64,000 nucleotides of DNA from Minisyncoccota bacterium. GTDB lineage: Bacteria; Patescibacteriota; Minisyncoccia; Phycocordibacterales; XYD1-FULL-46-19. The first letter of the stretch is position 1. Each line of letters opens with the position of its first letter. Below the pieces are notes generated by a model. It saw only the letters and a program-made list of their open reading frames with translations. It had not been told where the DNA came from and did not search any database. The position numbers and the translations under genes were made by a program. Shown here in pieces: positions 61,730-64,000 of this stretch. The stretch spans positions 2,091-66,090 of the forward strand of contig JBAYIK010000001.1 of assembly GCA_041665625.1 (NCBI GenBank). Reading direction: 5' to 3'.

Positions 61730-62002
61730 GTGAACGTAAAAGGATATCTGTTTGAGAAGTGGCCAACGTTGGTCATGGTCGTGGTTATCATCGCTGTCGG
61801 TGTTTTGTTTTACACCACACGGGAGACCAACCCGGCTTTCTTTATCCACGAGACAACCTTCAACCGCGAATTGGCGGCCGGTCAACTCCACCGAGACGGT
61901 TCGTATACTTTCTTCCATGCGAATCGTTCTCGTGACGGTCGGCTGATCGTTACGAGCGAGATTGCCAGCTTCCCGGCCGCCGAGGCGGCCAAGCTTCACT
62001 AA
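61730..62002 (+). CDS. GC-rich small membrane protein (90 aa) between the direct repeats.
   Basis: TM 'WPTLVMVVVIIAVGVLFY'. Followed by terminator 62020-62065. Confidence 0.45.
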   Translation: MNVKGYLFEKWPTLVMVVVIIAVGVLFYTTRETNPAFFIHETTFNRELAAGQLHRDGSYTFFHANRSRDGRLIVTSEIASFPAAEAAKLH

Positions 62003-62019
62003 GGCCTTCGTGCCTTCTT

Positions 62020-62065
62020 CGCCCCGTCGCTCGCTGTAAGGTGAGCCACGGGGCGGTTTTTGTTT
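62020..62065 (+). terminator. Rho-independent terminator.
   Basis: CGCCCCG...CGGGGCG followed by GTTTTTGTTT. Confidence 0.7.
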
Positions 62066-62107
62066 GACAGAACAAATTAGGAATGACATATTAGAGGGCA
62101 GAATGTA
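62063..62107 (+). repeat. Direct repeat copy 2 (a duplicated tgt 3'-end segment).
   Basis: See 61638. Confidence 0.7.
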
Positions 62108-62141
62108 ACCGACACTCCTAACGGAGGAAAGGAATATCCTT

Positions 62142-62507
62142 ATGGGAGACATGTTCGTTCCCTTCGGGAAGCGCAAGAAGAAAGCTGGAACCTCGAAGCG
62201 GGGGAAGGCTGTCGCGTCCAAGAAGAAACCCGTTGCCAAGAAGAAAGTGGCAGCACCCAAGAAACCCAAGAAGAAGGCCGTCCCCAAGCGGATGAAGGCC
62301 CCGGCACCGAGGAAGCTCGATCCGGTCTCGCTGGTCCCCACCTTCTGCGGAGAAGAGGTCAACCTGTCTGATCCCACAAGGATCTTCGACCTCCATGAGA
62401 TCCTCTTCAAGCAGGGGATCCTCTCGGCCGAAGAGTACAAGATCCTTGTCGCCGCGTTGCGGGACAAAATCAACTTGGTTCTCAAGAACGAAAGGCTGGG
62501 GGTTTGA
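62142..62507 (+). CDS. Lys/Ala/Pro-rich histone-H1-like basic protein with a C-terminal SHOCT-like domain, GC-rich.
   Basis: 'KKKAGTSKRGKAVASKKKPVAKKKVAAPKKPKKKAVPKR'. C-terminal 'LHEILFKQGILSAEEYKILVAAL'. Terminator at 62533-62571. Confidence 0.55.
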   Translation: MGDMFVPFGKRKKKAGTSKRGKAVASKKKPVAKKKVAAPKKPKKKAVPKRMKAPAPRKLDPVSLVPTFCGEEVNLSDPTRIFDLHEILFKQGILSAEEYKILVAALRDKINLVLKNERLGV

Positions 62508-62602
62508 AATTCCCCGGCCACCAATGACACTCGCGGCGTTCTCCAGAAGGAGAGCGCCGCAGTTTTGTTTTAAGTGAAATTTGTGATAACATATATAAAC
62601 TT

Positions 62603-64000
62603 ATGTCAAGCAAGATTTTTAAATTACAATCTAAATTTGAGCCGGCGGGGGACCAACCTAAAGCAATTAAGGAACTGGTGGCGGGGCTCGCGAAAGGGCT
62701 GAAGCATCAGACCCTCTTGGGTGTGACGGGCTCAGGCAAGACCTTTACCATGGCCAATATCATTGAGGCTTATAATAAGCCGACCTTGGTGATTGCTCAC
62801 AACAAGACCTTGGCCGCACAATTGGCCCAAGAATATCGTGATTTCTTTCCTGACCATGCCGTCCATTATTTTGTCTCTTACTATGATTATTACCAACCAG
62901 AGGCTTATATTGCGCACTCTGACACTTACATTGAGAAGGACGCCAGCATCAATGAAGAGATTGAGCGTCTCCGTCATGCCTCCACTGAGGCCTTACTTAC
63001 TCGCAAGGATGTAATTATTGTCGCCTCTGTCTCTTGTATTTATGGACTTGGCTCGCCAGAGGAATATGCCAAGAGCTTTTTGCGTTTGCTCGTTGGTGAT
63101 AAGTACACCCGTCAAGAGATTATCGAGAAATTAATTAGTGTTTATTTTGAGCGCACCAATGCCGACCTTACGCCTGGTACTTTCCGGGCTATTGGTAATT
63201 CGGTGGAGATAATGTTGCCTGGCAGTCGCGAGATTGTGAATTTAAAAATGAACGGAGATATTATTGAAGAAATTCTCATTGTTGACTCCATTTCTCGTCG
63301 CATTATTAGTACACCAAACGAAACTTATCTTTATCCAGCCAAACATTTTATTACTACCGAGGATGACAGAAATAGGGCTATCAAATCTATTAAAGCCGAG
63401 CTCGATGAGAGGCTTAAAGAATTAGAGAAAGAAGGCAAACCTCTTGAGGTCGAACGTCTTAAACGTCGCACCAATTATGATCTCGCCATGATTAAAGAGG
63501 TTGGTTATTGCAATGGGATTGAGAATTATTCGCGCCATCTCACTGGCCGAGCCAAGGGGGAGGCCCCGGCAACTCTCTTAGATTATTTTCCTCACAATGA
63601 AGATGGTTCAGCTGACTTTTTAACTATTATTGATGAGTCACACGTGGCGGTGCCCCAGATTCGTGGGATGTTTGCTGGCGATGAGAGTCGCAAGAAGAAT
63701 CTTGTTGAATACGGTTTCCGCTTACCCTCAGCCCTCGACAATCGCCCCCTACGCTTCCCGGAGTTCGAAGAACGAGTCAATCAAGTCGTTTATACTAGTG
63801 CTACACCAGCGGACTATGAATTAGAAAAAAGTGGCAAGGAAGGAATAATTGAACAAATTATCCGTCCGACCGGTCTTATTGACCCAGAAATTGAGATTCG
63901 CCCCATCATTTCGGGTAAAACTTATGAAGGACAGGTGAAGGATTTTATTAAAGAATCTCAGAAAGAAATAAGGAATGGTCACCGTGTCATTGCCACTACT
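62603..64000 (+). CDS. uvrB: Excinuclease ABC subunit B (N-terminal ~465 aa; continues beyond the window).
   Basis: 'FKLQSKFEPAGDQPKAIKELVAGL', 'LLGVTGSGKTFTMANII' and 'VSYYDYYQPEAY'. No stop before the window end. Confidence 0.9.
   Translation, partial: MSSKIFKLQSKFEPAGDQPKAIKELVAGLAKGLKHQTLLGVTGSGKTFTMANIIEAYNKPTLVIAHNKTLAAQLAQEYRDFFPDHAVHYFVSYYDYYQPEAYIAHSDTYIEKDASINEEIERLRHASTEALLTRKDVIIVASVSCIYGLGSPEEYAKSFLRLLVGDKYTRQEIIEKLISVYFERTNADLTPGTFRAIGNSVEIMLPGSREIVNLKMNGDIIEEILIVDSISRRIISTPNETYLYPAKHFITTEDDRNRAIKSIKAELDERLKELEKEGKPLEVERLKRRTNYDLAMIKEVGYCNGIENYSRHLTGRAKGEAPATLLDYFPHNEDGSADFLTIIDESHVAVPQIRGMFAGDESRKKNLVEYGFRLPSALDNRPLRFPEFEERVNQVVYTSATPADYELEKSGKEGIIEQIIRPTGLIDPEIEIRPIISGKTYEGQVKDFIKESQKEIRNGHRVIATT

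Noticed and set aside
61269-62530. Long minus-strand ORFs 61269..61568 and 61622..62530 overlapping tgt and the GC-rich cassette.
   Set aside because: They overlap well-supported plus-strand genes and terminators, and their translations are low-complexity. They are a GC-rich antisense artefact.

Overview
This window reads as a low-GC (~40%) bacterial chromosome segment of Candidate-Phyla-Radiation / Patescibacteria type, with small genes, giant surface proteins, PG-binding and signal-peptide proteins, and little biosynthetic capacity. Three parts stand out. (1) Coordinates 1-8.3 kb hold a low-GC accessory island of small hypothetical genes, including a DUF2726 protein and a membrane protein with two Ltp-like (superinfection-exclusion-like) domains. 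Two of these genes carry an almost identical ~42-bp promoter block. (2) Coordinates 13.4-29.7 kb hold a surface-structure locus: a 733-aa repeat protein, a dockerin-domain secreted protein, two cohesin-like membrane-anchored proteins, and a 2299-aa signal-peptide fibre protein. The fibre protein has 'GIGTxTP' fibre-type repeats, three internal ~75-aa repeats, and a C-terminal phage-tail-fibre intramolecular-chaperone (peptidase S74-like) domain. Paralogous small genes bracket the whole locus. (3) Coordinates 29-64 kb are a housekeeping backbone: tRNA-Trp, miaA, tRNA-Leu, parB, rel/spoT-like, topA, dprA, serS, ftsQ-like, a membrane-anchored Clp-like AAA+ protein, a DD-carboxypeptidase, capA-like, dus, dnaX, a B12-radical-SAM gene, tRNA-Gln, an ECF sigma/anti-sigma pair, typA, ppiB, prmC, ppsA, a 2-hydroxyacid dehydrogenase, tgt and uvrB. 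Several GC-rich (~55-60%) patches are scattered across the low-GC backbone. Each carries one to three genes and ends in a GC-rich hairpin terminator. The largest (8.3-13.3 kb) encodes a PPDK_N-like ATP-binding protein, a fold-III PLP decarboxylase (LysA/NspC-like) and a class-I aminotransferase (DapL-like). One small patch sits at the 3' end of tgt and is flanked by ~45-bp direct repeats that duplicate the end of tgt. A ~38-bp palindromic element is inserted in-frame into two unrelated housekeeping genes (miaA and prmC), recalling Rickettsia palindromic elements. Also present are a 48-aa metallothionein-like ORF that the ORF track missed, rpmG (53 aa), and a GC-rich apparently non-coding ~450-nt region next to tRNA-Gln that may be a structured RNA. 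No CRISPR array, rRNA, integrase or transposase was seen.
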